Shown: positions 20,429-31,541 of the stretch, one piece after another
How positions within the stretch are numbered: position 1 is the first letter of the stretch
How the letters are laid out: each line of letters starts with the position of its first letter
DNA from: Alphaproteobacteria bacterium
Lineage (GTDB): Bacteria > Pseudomonadota > Alphaproteobacteria > UBA828
Direction: 5' to 3'
NCBI GenBank assembly: GCA_965214705.1
Contig: CBDCCI010000002.1
Span: 384,001 to 448,000 of the forward strand
DNA: 64,000 nucleotides
Program-made: the position numbers and the translations under genes
Notes under the pieces: generated by a model
Database searches by the model: none
What the model saw: the letters and a program-made list of their open reading frames with translations, nothing else
What the model was told of the DNA's origin: nothing

Positions 20429-23305
20429 CGCCGGATGCGGCAGGTCGAGATCCCCGAGGTCGGCCAGCGCCGGGTTCCAACCCGGGCAGCTACCGTCAGC
20501 CTTCTTGATAAACCAGTCATCGGACGCGTCCCAGGTATGGCGGTCGCCGTGTCGGACCTGAATGAAGCCGGCGCCGTGGGTCCGATACACGCACCCGCGC
20601 GCCTGGACGACGGCCTTGATCAGCGCCTGATCGACGCCTTTCCGCGTCCGCGGCCACCCGCCCATGCGAGCAAGCTCGTCGCGCGCAATCAACAGAGCGC
20701 CCCCGGCCAGGGTCGACGTCTGATAGCTCTCGCCGCTCCCGCGGTGCAAGTGAACGGTCCGATCCGACGCGGCCAGATAGACGAACTCGATCCCCTTGCC
20801 CACGAGCTGCGCGCCCGAGTATTCCCGCGCCAGCACCAGGTCCCACACATGGTCGGCGCCATAGACGTCGTCGTCGTCCATCTTGGTCAGCAGCTCCCCG
20901 CTCGATGCCTCCGTGGCGGCGTTGAGCACGATGCCCAGCGGCTCGCTTGAGGATGCCCGCAACACTTTTGCCGGACTCGGCAATTCGGTGACGCGCCGAT
21001 CGACCTCCGGAAAGGGTTCGCCGTGCAGCGCCAGCACCAGCTCGAGGCGGGGATAGGTCTGTCTCGCCACCGCGGCGAGCGCCTGCGGCAGCCGTTCGGG
21101 GCGCCGGGTCGCCAGCAGGATCGACACCAGGGGCGGCGGCGCGTCGCCGAGTTGCCGGGCGCGCGCCTGCAACGAATGGTTCCGCAGTGCCGCGCGGCGC
21201 ATCCTGATGCTGAGCAACTCGCGCCCGCCGGCGTCGACGCCGCTCACGCCGGTGGCCATCAGGTCATGGAGGTCGGCGCCGAGCAGCGGCCGAAGCCCCG
21301 GACAGCCATCGGCCAGATGCACCACCGCGCCGGTGGCGGCCGCGCGAGCCAAGTCGCTGGCCCGCGTGACCGCGTCGGCGTGGAACGCCTGCACGTCCTC
21401 CACGTGATGACACCGGCGGAGCCGGAGCAGATCGTCCTGGCGTACAACGCGGTGCGCCTCGACGCCGGGCGGCAGCCGTGCGATCGGCCCCAGCGCCGCC
21501 ACCTCGTCCCCGGCGGCGCGCGGCCAACCGAACGGGTTGTATCTCGACGGATCGAAGGCGGGCACGACAGTCCGGCACGGCGCCTCCGGCGGTTTCGATG
21601 CACCCGCCATCGGCGTGTTCCGAGCCGATCGGCCCCGTAGCGGTTTGCCCGGTTTCCAGACGAGCCGCCGCCACCGGTTCCGTATCCAATGCCGGAAATA
21701 CGCCCGGGCCGCCTGCCGCTTTCTGGCTGTTCGCCACCGAACCGCATATTTCAGGAACGACGATCTCCTGTTCCCCGTATTCGGTGCCGGACGCACCAGG
21801 AAGCCGCGTGCCCGACTTCCCGCCGCACCGGCCAGCCACTTCAGGAACGACCATGCCTCCCGATAGCCGTGCACGTTCCTCGCCCGTCCCCGCAAGCGCT
21901 CCCACTCCGCGGGAAGTTCCACCGGCCTGGTCGATGCGGCGCGGTCCACGCTGCCCGGCGGCGCGCCGACCCGGATCTTCAAGGAGCGTGAGGATAGCGT
22001 TCGCGCGTCGCCGAAATCGCTCGGGTCGCCTCCCGCACGACGCGCCCGATGAAGCGCCCACGCCCGGGTGATCGACACCCGGGATCCGTCGGGGAGGACC
22101 GCAGCCGCGCTGACCGCGCCTCTCAGCCCGGCGCGCAGGCGACGCAGCAGGTTCGGGCCGAACGCGACGGCGGCGGGAAGCGCGACATGGAACGGCGATG
22201 CGGGAAACTCTTCCAGGGCTGCACGGGCGGGCGCGACGCGCACGCGCGGGTCGGGACCGAACACATCACGGAGCCAAGCCAGTCGCTCGTCATCGTCATC
22301 CGCTGGCGTTTCGATTCGCACCACCAAGTCATGCACGCGGCCCGCCAGGATGTTCGCGGCGGTCTCGATGATCCGCTCGGCCGGGTGATGTGCCGCAGCG
22401 ATGGTCACCACGTACTGGGGCACCGCATAGATGCGGCCGGTTCTGGCGCGGCGGAGCCCGTGATGGGCGATCAGGTTGGCCGCTTTCCCGTGCTGGATCC
22501 GATAACTTCGCGCCTTGGCGTTCCGGTCCTCCGCCCAGCTCCCCTGGTGCCAGGCGAAGGCGTCCCGGACCGGCACCAGCAGCCCGCCGCGAGTGTAGGC
22601 CCGGTAGGCGAGCTCGGTGTCCTCCGCTCCCCAGCGTGCGAACGATTCGTCGCTCCCGCCCACCAGCCGGTAGAAGCTCTTGCCGATGCCGAAGTTGCCC
22701 CCCGCCATCGCGTGAAAAATGTCGTCCGCCCTCGTCGTCAGATCGTCGGTTCTGCGCATCAGGCCTTCAATCGGGTGGGGATCCGCCGGCCGGTCCGAAA
22801 ACAGATCCTGTAGTGATCCCGCCCGGCACCGGATTGTCTCCGCGTCGAGATCGTCCACCGCCACATGGCTGAAGGATCCCAACGTCAGGACGTCGGAGAC
22901 GACATGGTGCCAGCGGGCGTGCACCGCGATCCAGTCCGCCTCCACAAGCATGTCGCTGTCGAGAAAGAGCAGGATGTCGTGAGCGGCCGCCCGGGCGCCG
23001 GTGTTTCGCGCCCTGGCGATCCCGAAGCCGCGGCGCTCCTGTCGCATTACCCTGAGGTTCAACGGCGTCGCCCGGGGCCGTTCCAACGGCGGCTCGGACC
23101 CGTCGTCGACGATCACCACCTCGAACAGATTCCGCGGCCAGGTCTGGCCTTCCAGCGCCGCCAGCGTCCTCGCCAGCGTTTCGGCGGATGTTTGGTAGTA
23201 CGGCATGATCACACTCACCGGCATGACAGGCATGAACGTCTCCAGCGGCTCCACCGCCACTTGGCGCCAGTCGTTGTACCGGACGGAATTAGGGTGCGGG
23301 TTCAT
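20420..23305 (-). CDS. Two-domain family 2 glycosyltransferase
   Basis: VSVIMP...VDDGS...FLDSD...WGAEDTEL; second domain VSILLATRRP...KMDDDD. Confidence 0.88.
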   Translation of the reverse strand: MNPHPNSVRYNDWRQVAVEPLETFMPVMPVSVIMPYYQTSAETLARTLAALEGQTWPRNLFEVVIVDDGSEPPLERPRATPLNLRVMRQERRGFGIARARNTGARAAAHDILLFLDSDMLVEADWIAVHARWHHVVSDVLTLGSFSHVAVDDLDAETIRCRAGSLQDLFSDRPADPHPIEGLMRRTDDLTTRADDIFHAMAGGNFGIGKSFYRLVGGSDESFARWGAEDTELAYRAYTRGGLLVPVRDAFAWHQGSWAEDRNAKARSYRIQHGKAANLIAHHGLRRARTGRIYAVPQYVVTIAAAHHPAERIIETAANILAGRVHDLVVRIETPADDDDERLAWLRDVFGPDPRVRVAPARAALEEFPASPFHVALPAAVAFGPNLLRRLRAGLRGAVSAAAVLPDGSRVSITRAWALHRARRAGGDPSDFGDARTLSSRSLKIRVGAPPGSVDRAASTRPVELPAEWERLRGRARNVHGYREAWSFLKWLAGAAGSRARGFLVRPAPNTGNRRSSFLKYAVRWRTARKRQAARAYFRHWIRNRWRRLVWKPGKPLRGRSARNTPMAGASKPPEAPCRTVVPAFDPSRYNPFGWPRAAGDEVAALGPIARLPPGVEAHRVVRQDDLLRLRRCHHVEDVQAFHADAVTRASDLARAAATGAVVHLADGCPGLRPLLGADLHDLMATGVSGVDAGGRELLSIRMRRAALRNHSLQARARQLGDAPPPLVSILLATRRPERLPQALAAVARQTYPRLELVLALHGEPFPEVDRRVTELPSPAKVLRASSSEPLGIVLNAATEASSGELLTKMDDDDVYGADHVWDLVLAREYSGAQLVGKGIEFVYLAASDRTVHLHRGSGESYQTSTLAGGALLIARDELARMGGWPRTRKGVDQALIKAVVQARGCVYRTHGAGFIQVRHGDRHTWDASDDWFIKKADGSCPGWNPALADLGDLDLPHPAHG

Positions 23306-23374
23306 TGTTCTTGATCAAGGTGCGGACTTGCTTCGGACGTTCGTCATTGTGCGCCCGAGATCCTGATCGACCGA

Positions 23375-24895
23375 CTACCGCTTGATGCGCGCCCGCCACC
23401 GAAGCATTGTGGCCACCGCCCTCAATAAGGACCAAGCCTCTCCGGGGTTGCGGACGTCCTGGATCCAGCCTAACAGGAGAGCCCACCGCGCAGGGTAGAC
23501 TGCCATATCTGTCGCACCGGTGTGGACCGCGTCTACCGCCGGAGCGGTGTTAGCGGTGTTCCTGAACTTGAGCGACGCGGCGGAAATCGTTCGCGCTTCT
23601 CCGAAGTCGGCGGGGCTGGCCGCTTGGCGGCGCGCCCGGTGGAGCGCCCACGTCCGTGTGATCGACACCCGGGATCCGTCGGGGAGGATGGCGGTCGCGG
23701 CGACCGCGCTTCCCAGCCTTGCCCGCAGACGATGCACCAGGTTGTTCGCGAACGTCGCGCCGGCGGGCAGCGTGACGTGGAACGACGACACGGGAAACTC
23801 GTCGAGGGCGGAGCGGGCCGGTGCAACGCGCACCCGCGGCTCTGGGCCGAAGAGATCCCGGAGCAGCGCCAGCCGCTCATCGCCGTCTCGCGACGGCGTT
23901 TCGATTCTCACCACCAAGTCGTACACGCGATCGGCCAAGAGGGTCGCAACCATCGCGATGACCTGTTCCGTGGGGCAATGTCCCGCCTCGACGGTCACGA
24001 CGTACTGAGGCACAGCGAAAACTCGGTTAATCCCGCTTCTGCGAAAACCGCGATGGGCGATCAGGTGGGCCGCCTTCGACCGCATGATGCGCTGATCTCG
24101 ATCCTTGGCGTCTCTACCGTCGCACCAGCGGCCCTGATGCCAGGCAAAGGCGTCCCAGACCGGGACCAGCAATCCGCCGCGAGTATAGGCCCGATATCCG
24201 AGCTCGGTGTCCTCCAGCCCGTACCGCATAAACGATTCGTCGAACCCGCCCACCGACTCGTAGAATTGTTTGCGGATCCCGAAATTGCCCGACGAGACCA
24301 CTCTGAACAGGTCGTCGGCCCTCGACGTGAGATCGTCGGTCCGGAGCATGTGGCCCTCGAACCAGGGCGGGTCAGCCGGCCGGCCCGAAAACAACTCCTT
24401 CAGTGACCCCCGTCGGCGCCGGACCGTTTCCAGGTCGAGGCCATCTACCGCCACGAAGGCGTAGAATCCCAATGTCATGGCGTCGGAGACGGCGTAGTGC
24501 CACCGGGCGTGCGCCGCGATCCAGCCGGCCTCGGCCAGCATGTCGCTGTCGAGAAAAAGGAGGATGTCGTGGGCGGCCGCCCGCGCGCCGTTGTTTCGCG
24601 CCCGGGCGGCGCCGAACCCGCGGCGTTCCTGACGCACCACCTTGACGTCAAGCGGGGTCGAACGGGGCGCTTCCACAGGCGGTTCGGACCCATCGTCAAC
24701 GATCACCACCTCGAAGAGATCACGCGGCCAAGTCTGGCCTTCGAGCGCCGCCAGGGTCCTCTCCAGCATACCGGCCGGAGGCTGCCAAGTCGGCAGGATC
24801 ACGCTGACCGGCAGGGTGGGTGTGAACACCTCGGACGCCAGCATGTCCACCTGCCGCCAGTCGTTGTACCGGACGGACGCCGGTTTGGGGAGCAT
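23375..24895 (-). CDS. Family 2 glycosyltransferase (paralog)
   Basis: SVRYNDWRQV, VDDGS, FLDSD, GGFDESF, YGLEDTELGYR. Confidence 0.88.
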   Translation of the reverse strand: MLPKPASVRYNDWRQVDMLASEVFTPTLPVSVILPTWQPPAGMLERTLAALEGQTWPRDLFEVVIVDDGSEPPVEAPRSTPLDVKVVRQERRGFGAARARNNGARAAAHDILLFLDSDMLAEAGWIAAHARWHYAVSDAMTLGFYAFVAVDGLDLETVRRRRGSLKELFSGRPADPPWFEGHMLRTDDLTSRADDLFRVVSSGNFGIRKQFYESVGGFDESFMRYGLEDTELGYRAYTRGGLLVPVWDAFAWHQGRWCDGRDAKDRDQRIMRSKAAHLIAHRGFRRSGINRVFAVPQYVVTVEAGHCPTEQVIAMVATLLADRVYDLVVRIETPSRDGDERLALLRDLFGPEPRVRVAPARSALDEFPVSSFHVTLPAGATFANNLVHRLRARLGSAVAATAILPDGSRVSITRTWALHRARRQAASPADFGEARTISAASLKFRNTANTAPAVDAVHTGATDMAVYPARWALLLGWIQDVRNPGEAWSLLRAVATMLRWRARIKR

Positions 24896-25413
24896 CCTTC
24901 GCTGGTCCCGACCCGTCACGTTCCTGGGGCAGGCGCAAACTTGTTGGCTCAATTCGTGATCCATAGGCATGGGTTGCCAGTGCTCGCGGCCACGCGCCTC
25001 TCGGGGTGCAAAATTCCTACGCACTTGACGGCGGATTCCTATTTTACTTGACCGCGAATCCTGGCCATTTGACCGCCAAGGCGATGCCGTTTGTCAGTCT
25101 CTCCCGGGTCTTGCGGTAGGCGTTCTCCGTTGTTGGTTTCAGGGGGCTGGCCGCAGGCCAGCCCGACGCGTGCGCAAGCGAGCCCTGGTCGCCATTCAAA
25201 GGCCTGTCGGGCGCGGCGGCAAGCCCCCACACCGGGCATGCCGCCGCGCGATGTTTGGGCCATGCCTATGGTTCACGAATATGAGCCATCTTGTTTAGGG
25301 GGTTCATTCGGTGTGTCCTGCAATCGGGAGGTCGTCGAGCGTCATCTGGTCCTGGAGGTGTCCCTCGCTGCCGCGGCCCCGGTCGCCGTCGTGCTGGCAA
25401 GCCGCTTCGCAAC

Positions 25414-26034
25414 CTAGAATTTTCGCTCAGCGACGCGCGCGTCGGTCATCTTCGCTTGACGCAGATATTGCGAGAGCATGTGCATGATCGACTGGTGGGT
25501 GTCCTCAATCACGCCGTAGTTGTCGCCGTCGACGTGCAGGTTGACGGTGGCCAGCGGTGCCGAGCGGCCGCCGTCGAAGCCGCTCAGCGCGACGCCGTCC
25601 AGTCCGTTCGCGACCGCCCATTCGAGCGCGCGGACGATGTTTTCCGAATCGCCCGAGGCCGAAATGGTCATCAGCAGATCGCCGGGTCGTGCTGCGGTCC
25701 TGAGCTGATAGACGAAGCAATCTTCGAATGCGATGTCATTGGCGATCGCGGTAACGATCTCCATGTTCGCGCTCAGGCTCATCACCCGCGGCAGAACGCC
25801 GGTGTCGGTCTGCACCCCCTTGGCGACATCGCAGAGCAGGTGGTTGGCGATCGCCGCCGAGCCGCCATTGCCGCAGACGAAGAGCCACGCGCCGCGCGCG
25901 AATGCCGCATCAAGCAGGTTGGCGGCATGGGTAAGCCGTGCCCGGTCGATGGAGGCACCCGCCTGTGCAAGCTGGGTCAGGTAGTCGTCGCAGTAGCGGG
26001 CCACTGATCGGTAGCCCGTGTCCGGAAAGGTCAT
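25414..26034 (-). CDS. gmhA: Phosphoheptose isomerase (SIS domain)
   Basis: CGNGGSAA, TAIAND, ISASGDSEN, SGFDGG, IEDTH. Confidence 0.85.
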   Translation of the reverse strand: MTFPDTGYRSVARYCDDYLTQLAQAGASIDRARLTHAANLLDAAFARGAWLFVCGNGGSAAIANHLLCDVAKGVQTDTGVLPRVMSLSANMEIVTAIANDIAFEDCFVYQLRTAARPGDLLMTISASGDSENIVRALEWAVANGLDGVALSGFDGGRSAPLATVNLHVDGDNYGVIEDTHQSIMHMLSQYLRQAKMTDARVAERKF

Positions 26035-26864
26035 GAAGCGTCCTGCGCGGGTCGGGGATTGTCGGCGGAAAGCGCCGTACCGAGCGCGACGATCGGCCGC
26101 CCGATGGTGATGGGGAAGTCGCTGCGTGCCAAGCCCGCCGCGGCGGCACGGTCCCGGGCGCCGTAGCCGGTCTGCACCAGCCAGCCGCGCGCGAGCCCGG
26201 CGCGCCGCCCGGCCTCCAAATCGTCGACGCTGTCGCCAACGATCCAGCTTCGGGCGAGATCGATACCAATATCCGCAGCGGCGGCATGGAGCATACCGGG
26301 GCTGGGCTTGCGGCAAGGGGCGCTGCTCTCAGGCAGCGCCGGGCAGGCGTACACCGCGTCGACTAGGCCGCCGGCGGCGTCGGCGAGCGCGAGCACTCGC
26401 TTCTGCACGGCGGCGAACGCCTCCCACCCGTAGAAGCCGCGGCCGATCCCGGACTGATTGGTGACGATCACCACCCGGTACCCGCAACGACGGGCCGCGG
26501 CCAAGCTCTCGAAGGCGCCGGCGATGGGTACGACCCGTTCGGCAGTGCAGAGATAGTCCACCAGCTCAATAAGCGTCCCATCGCGGTCGAGGAAGAGCGC
26601 CGGGACAGGAGGTAGCGAGGGGTCGGCGCGCACTTCGCGCCACAGGCCGGACGGGTCGAGCGGAAACCCGCGCATCGCGGGTCTGTCGGTTGCGCGGCCC
26701 GGGCACGACGGAGCCGTTGTCGGGCCGGAGGCGCTCCCTGCAGCCTGTCGGCGGCCACTGCAAGGCGCATCCGGGACAAGTGACCGGCGGCGGCGTTGGC
26801 GTGGCTCAGCGCCGGGAGCGGAAGGGGGAGAGGGGAGGCCGAAATGGCGGCCGTGTGACGTCAT
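26031..26864 (-). CDS. gmhB: D-glycero-D-manno-heptose bisphosphate phosphatase (HAD); alternative start 26675
   Basis: FLDRDGTL, VTNQSGIGRG, CRKPSPGM, IVGD. Confidence 0.85.
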   Translation of the reverse strand: MTSHGRHFGLPSPPSAPGAEPRQRRRRSLVPDAPCSGRRQAAGSASGPTTAPSCPGRATDRPAMRGFPLDPSGLWREVRADPSLPPVPALFLDRDGTLIELVDYLCTAERVVPIAGAFESLAAARRCGYRVVIVTNQSGIGRGFYGWEAFAAVQKRVLALADAAGGLVDAVYACPALPESSAPCRKPSPGMLHAAAADIGIDLARSWIVGDSVDDLEAGRRAGLARGWLVQTGYGARDRAAAAGLARSDFPITIGRPIVALGTALSADNPRPAQDAS

Positions 26865-27901
26865 TCCCGTGTCTCACTGCCCCTAGGCGGCCCGTTGTCG
26901 ACATTGCCGCGCTCGCGCGCCAGTTTCCTCTCCCACGAAAGCGCGGTGCGGACGATGAAATCGAGATCGTCATGGCGCGGCGACCATTGCAACGCCGCGC
27001 GAATCCGCGACGCGTCGGCCACCAGCGCCGGCGGGTCGCCGACGCGCCGCGGGCCTTCGCGAACATCGAAGGGCACCCCGGCGACCACCCGCACCGTTTC
27101 GAGCACCTCGCGGACTGAATACCCGTGGCCGTAGCCGCAGTTGAGCACGCGGCTGCCGCCGCCGTCCTCCAGGTCGCGAAGGGCGGCGACATGGGCGTCG
27201 GCGAGGTCGGACACGTGGATATAGTCGCGCACGCAGGTGCCGTCCGCCGTATCGTAATCCGTGCCGAACACGGTGACGTGGTCGTGCGAGCCGACGGCAG
27301 CCGCGCAGGCGACCTTGATCAGGTGCGCGGCATTCCGGTCGGACTGACCCGCCCGCCCGTTCGGGTCGGCGCCCGCCACGTTGAAATAGCGGAGCGCGAC
27401 GTAGCGGAAATCGTGGGCCGCCGCGGCGTCGCGAAGCGTCCATTCGGTGACCAGCTTGGAACTGCCGTAGGGGTTGATGGGAGCCGTCGGCGCGTCCTCG
27501 GATACCGGGATTTCCCTGGGAATGCCGTAGACCGCCGCCGTCGATGAAAAGATGAACCGCCTCACCCCACCGTCGACGCAGGCGCGGATCAGGGTCGTGC
27601 TCGCGCTACCATTGTTGCGGTAGTAGAGCAGCGGATCATGGACCGATTCGGGAACGCTGGCGCTGGCGGCCAGGTGCACGACGGCGGCGATTCGATGGTC
27701 GGCGATGACATTGCCGACCGCGCCGCTATCGCCAACGTCACCCTCGACGAACGGGATACCGCCGGGAACGGCCGCACGATGCCCCGTCGAAAGATCGTCG
27801 AGGACAACGACGGGATAGCCAGCCTTGCAAAACGCCGGCACGACATGGCTGCCGACGTAGCCGGCGGCGCCGGTGATCAACACGGGCTCCTTCGATCCCA
27901 T
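26861..27901 (-). CDS. galE: UDP-glucose 4-epimerase
   Basis: GAAGYVGSH, FSSTAAVYG, YGSSK, LRYFNVAGA, GTCVRDYIHV. Confidence 0.93.
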   Translation of the reverse strand: MGSKEPVLITGAAGYVGSHVVPAFCKAGYPVVVLDDLSTGHRAAVPGGIPFVEGDVGDSGAVGNVIADHRIAAVVHLAASASVPESVHDPLLYYRNNGSASTTLIRACVDGGVRRFIFSSTAAVYGIPREIPVSEDAPTAPINPYGSSKLVTEWTLRDAAAAHDFRYVALRYFNVAGADPNGRAGQSDRNAAHLIKVACAAAVGSHDHVTVFGTDYDTADGTCVRDYIHVSDLADAHVAALRDLEDGGGSRVLNCGYGHGYSVREVLETVRVVAGVPFDVREGPRRVGDPPALVADASRIRAALQWSPRHDDLDFIVRTALSWERKLARERGNVDNGPPRGSETRE

Positions 27902-28854
27902 GCTCTTCGCCCCTTCAATGTCTCCCGTGTGTGAAGCCCGGCCCCGTCGGACAGCTCATCCATGCCCGCCGGCCGTCCCGTCAACCTCACGGCTCTTGAT
28001 GGATATTGAACACGACACGACTGCCCGTGCTGGATATTCGGACTGGCAATTCACGATAGATTCCCAACGCTTCCCGCACCGCCGGTTGGTTCTCCGGCCG
28101 GCAGACGACCAGGACGAAGCCGCCGCCGCCGGCGCCGCACACCTTGGCGCCGTCCGCGCCGGCTTCGAGCGCCGCCGTGATCATTGTCTCAATGCGTTCC
28201 GAACCGATCCCATCGGTCAGCATGCGCTTTGCCTCCCACCCATCGCGAACAAACCGCCCCAAACTGTCGACTTTGCCGGCATCGAGGTCGTTCGCAAGGG
28301 TCTCGGCAATCTTGCGTATTGTATCGAGTTCCGCTCGCCGGGCGCCTGTCTCCTCGCGTTGCTTCTTCAGGATGGTTTCCGCCCTGCGTGCGATGCCCGT
28401 ATAGTATACCAACAGGCGTCCCTCCAGTTGGCGTCTTTGATCGGGCGACAGGCCGATTCTGCGGGTCGTCGCCGTATCGCCGCGCCCAAAACGGAACTCC
28501 CGTAGGCCGCCGTAGACTGCGATATAGGCGTCTTGCCTGCCCATTGCCTTACCCAGGCGCGTCAACTCGATCTCACAAGCTTGCTCGGCAAGTTCACTCG
28601 CTGAAAGCTGAACGCCCTGATAGCAATGAAGTGCGTTGAGCAGGCCGACAGTAACCGACGATGACGAGCCGAGACCCGATCCTTCCGATGGAATGTCGGC
28701 AAGCGTCGTGACCTCGACGGCTCGGTCGACGCCGGCAAGGCGCATGGTCTCCCGCATGAGTCCGTGCTCGACTGCATCAACTGAATCGACGGTCTCCTTT
28801 CTCGAGTAGTTGAGGCAGATAGCGTCGTCGTACCGTCGTTTCACGATGACATAG

Positions 28855-30179
28855 CACTAGTGTCCCAAGAAAATTGGCGCGACCCTTGTTAAGTCATTGG
28901 CAAGGCGCGATTAATTGGCATTTCGCGTTGTTACCGACTTGAAGTGGCCGGCGCGAGTGCCGAGGCTGGATGCTCCGATCCAGAGGGAGCCCGGTCATGT
29001 CCACGGGACAACTTGTTTTCTCGCAGCTGATGGACCATCTGCCCCTGCATTCGTTCCGCAAATGCGTCGAACAGTACGATGGCAATCGGTACGTAAAATC
29101 GTTCTCATGCCTGAGCCAGTTTTTCTGCATGGCCTTCGCACAGTTGTCCTATCGGGAAAGTCTGCGCGACATCGAGATTTGTCTGCGCGCCCAGAACAAC
29201 AAGCTTTATCACATGGGCATTCGGGGCACGGTCTCGCGCAACACTTTGGCGAACGCCAACGCGCAACGCGACTGGCGCATCTATGCCGAGTACGCCCAGG
29301 AACTGATCGCCATCGCACGCCCGCTCCATGCCGGCGAGGACCTCGGTCTTCAACTCGACAATACTGTGTACGCTCTCGACGCGTCGACCATCGATCTGTG
29401 CCTGTCGGTCTTCCCCTGGGCTCTGTTCCGCTCGACCAAGTCGGCCGTCAAGCTTCACACTCTCCTTGATCTACAAGGCAGCATCCCGGCCTTCATTCAC
29501 ATCTCCGACGGCAAGCTCGGCGATGTGAATGTTCTGGACATGATCATTCCGGAGCCCGGCACCTTCTACATCATGGATCGCGCCTACCTCGACTTCAAGC
29601 GCCTCGACACCCTGGACATGGCGGGAAGCTTCTTCATCATCCGCGCAAAGGCCAACACGCAATACCGGCGCCAATACTCCCGTACCATCGACAAAGATGC
29701 CGGACTGCGTTGCGATCAGACCATCGTCTTGACCGGCAAAATGAGCAAAATACGCTACCCGAAGCCGCTCCGTAGAGTCGGCTACAAGGATCCGGAAACC
29801 AACAAGACCTTCAACTTCATGACCAACAACTTCGCTGTTCCGCCCCTCACCGTCGCAGAGTTGTACCGCTATCGCTGGCAGGTCGAACTCTTCTTCAAAT
29901 GGATCAAGCAAAACCTTCGCATCAAGGCATTCTTCGGCACCTCCGAAAATGCCGTAAAGACACAAATCTGGATCGCTGTCTCCGTCTACGTCCTGGTCGC
30001 CATCATCAAGAAGAGGCTGAGACTCGACGCCAGCCTCTACACAATTCTCCAGACCCTGAGCCTCACCCTGTTCGAAAAAATCCCGCTAAATGCGCTACTT
30101 ACGCATGAGGCACTCCCGGTGGGCCAGAGCCAAGAAGATAAGCAACTGATTCTATTGTAGTTTTAATGGGACACTAGTG
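28855..30179 (+). mobile_element. IS4-family element
   Basis: TIR CACTAGTGTCCCA; 9-bp TSD ATGACATAG (28846-54, 30180-88). Confidence 0.92.
28997..30160 (+). CDS. IS4-family transposase (DUF4372-type N-terminus)
   Basis: LDASTIDL, MDRAY, YRYRWQVELFFKWIKQ. Confidence 0.92.
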   Translation: MSTGQLVFSQLMDHLPLHSFRKCVEQYDGNRYVKSFSCLSQFFCMAFAQLSYRESLRDIEICLRAQNNKLYHMGIRGTVSRNTLANANAQRDWRIYAEYAQELIAIARPLHAGEDLGLQLDNTVYALDASTIDLCLSVFPWALFRSTKSAVKLHTLLDLQGSIPAFIHISDGKLGDVNVLDMIIPEPGTFYIMDRAYLDFKRLDTLDMAGSFFIIRAKANTQYRRQYSRTIDKDAGLRCDQTIVLTGKMSKIRYPKPLRRVGYKDPETNKTFNFMTNNFAVPPLTVAELYRYRWQVELFFKWIKQNLRIKAFFGTSENAVKTQIWIAVSVYVLVAIIKKRLRLDASLYTILQTLSLTLFEKIPLNALLTHEALPVGQSQEDKQLILL

Positions 30180-30300
30180 ATGACATAGACGTACTTGTCG
30201 ATCGCGCAACTCACGATTCGGCTGCCATGGTCGTTGTAGTACTCCGGTAGATCGGTGCCGCCGCCGGCGAAGCTGATCCGAAGCGGCGTTTCGGTGACAA

Positions 30301-31002
30301 TCATGCGCTCGCTCTCGCCGCCCATTCGCGCTCGGCGGCCAAATAGGCCTCGGGGCTGCTCCCGACGTCCCGCAAATACGCATCGATAACAAAGCCCTGC
30401 ATCTTGCCGACAAGCCGAGGCAGAAGATCGTATCCGATATCCGCTGGCGGTTTCGCAATGAATTCAATAACCGAGGGCGCGAAGGCGTAGATACCGGCAT
30501 TGGCAAGATCGCTTTTCGGTGCCTTGGGCTTCTCCTCGAAGGAGGCGACGATGCCGTCCGCGTCGAGTTCGACGATGCCTTTGGCGCGAGATTCGTCGGT
30601 ATGTATCAAGGCGAGGGTTGCAAGTCCGCCCCAGGATCGATGGCGTTCGACAAGTACGGAGAGATCGAAGTCGGTCAGGTTGTCCACATAGCACGCAAGA
30701 AAGAATTCCTCGCTGGCGACGAAGTCCCGATTTGCAGCCAGTGTTCCAGCACTGCCGAGCAGAGCGGGCTCGTAGCTCAGCCGAACCGCCGGCGGCCGAC
30801 GTCGGCGCGCCACATGCGCCTCGACCTGATCGGCGAGGTGGTGAAGGTTGACGAGAACATCGCTGACTCCGGCACGGAGCATTGCATCGAGCCAAATGTC
30901 GACCATCGCGATGCCGCCGATCGTCAGGAGACACTTGGGGGTTTGGTCGGTCAGCGGACGCATCCTGGTGCCGAGCCCCGCCGCCAGAAGAAATGCCTTC
31001 AT
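30301..31002 (-). CDS. Sugar-1-phosphate nucleotidyltransferase (HddC-like)
   Basis: LAAGLGTRMRPLT, FEEKP, ANAGIY; next to the kinase gene. Confidence 0.85.
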   Translation of the reverse strand: MKAFLLAAGLGTRMRPLTDQTPKCLLTIGGIAMVDIWLDAMLRAGVSDVLVNLHHLADQVEAHVARRRRPPAVRLSYEPALLGSAGTLAANRDFVASEEFFLACYVDNLTDFDLSVLVERHRSWGGLATLALIHTDESRAKGIVELDADGIVASFEEKPKAPKSDLANAGIYAFAPSVIEFIAKPPADIGYDLLPRLVGKMQGFVIDAYLRDVGSSPEAYLAAEREWAARASA

Positions 31003-31541
31003 GACCTAACCCTCTTGCGCAGGAAATATTGGTAGAGAATCTCACGCAACTTCTCGGCAGCGGAAAAGCCGAGCGGTGCACGGAATGCGAATGCGGTGAT
31101 CGCCGGCACGCTGCCCACGTACGCCAGCCGCCGGGCATTGAGCCTCAATATCGCGACCTCGGCCAGGAACCAGTCTCTCCCCCCGCGGCGCGCGGCCAAG
31201 GACCGGGCATCGGCTCTCAGCAGAGGCGCCCGGGAACCGAAAATACGCTTGCCGTGGATCAGCATCTTGATCCACAAGCAATAATCCTCCATCTCCGCCA
31301 TTCTCGTCGGATAGCCGCCGACAGCCAGAACGTCGTCAATTCGGAACGCGCAGCAATTGCCGTTTACAGGGTTGCGGAAAAAACTGTAGAGATTCCAGGG
31401 TCCAATAGTCCCGCTAGGCACGCGCTTGAGCAACTCCAATCCGTCCTCCTGACTTCGACGGTTGAGCCGAGTTTTCGCTGGAATCCCGGTTCGGGATTCC
31501 AGTAAAGACAATGGCTTAGAAGTTGCGGTGCGGTCAAGCCG
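30999..31541 (-). pseudogene. Glycosyltransferase C-terminal remnant
   Basis: RNPVN...VLAVGGY...EDYCLW...ARRGG; 5' part replaced by the IS pile. Confidence 0.6.

Larger units (their letters stand above)
27987..30304 (-). pseudogene. hddA: Heptose-7-phosphate kinase (GHMP family) split by IS4
   Basis: TPLRISFAGGGTD...DKYVYV|IVKRR...GSGLGSS...GAGGGG. Confidence 0.85.
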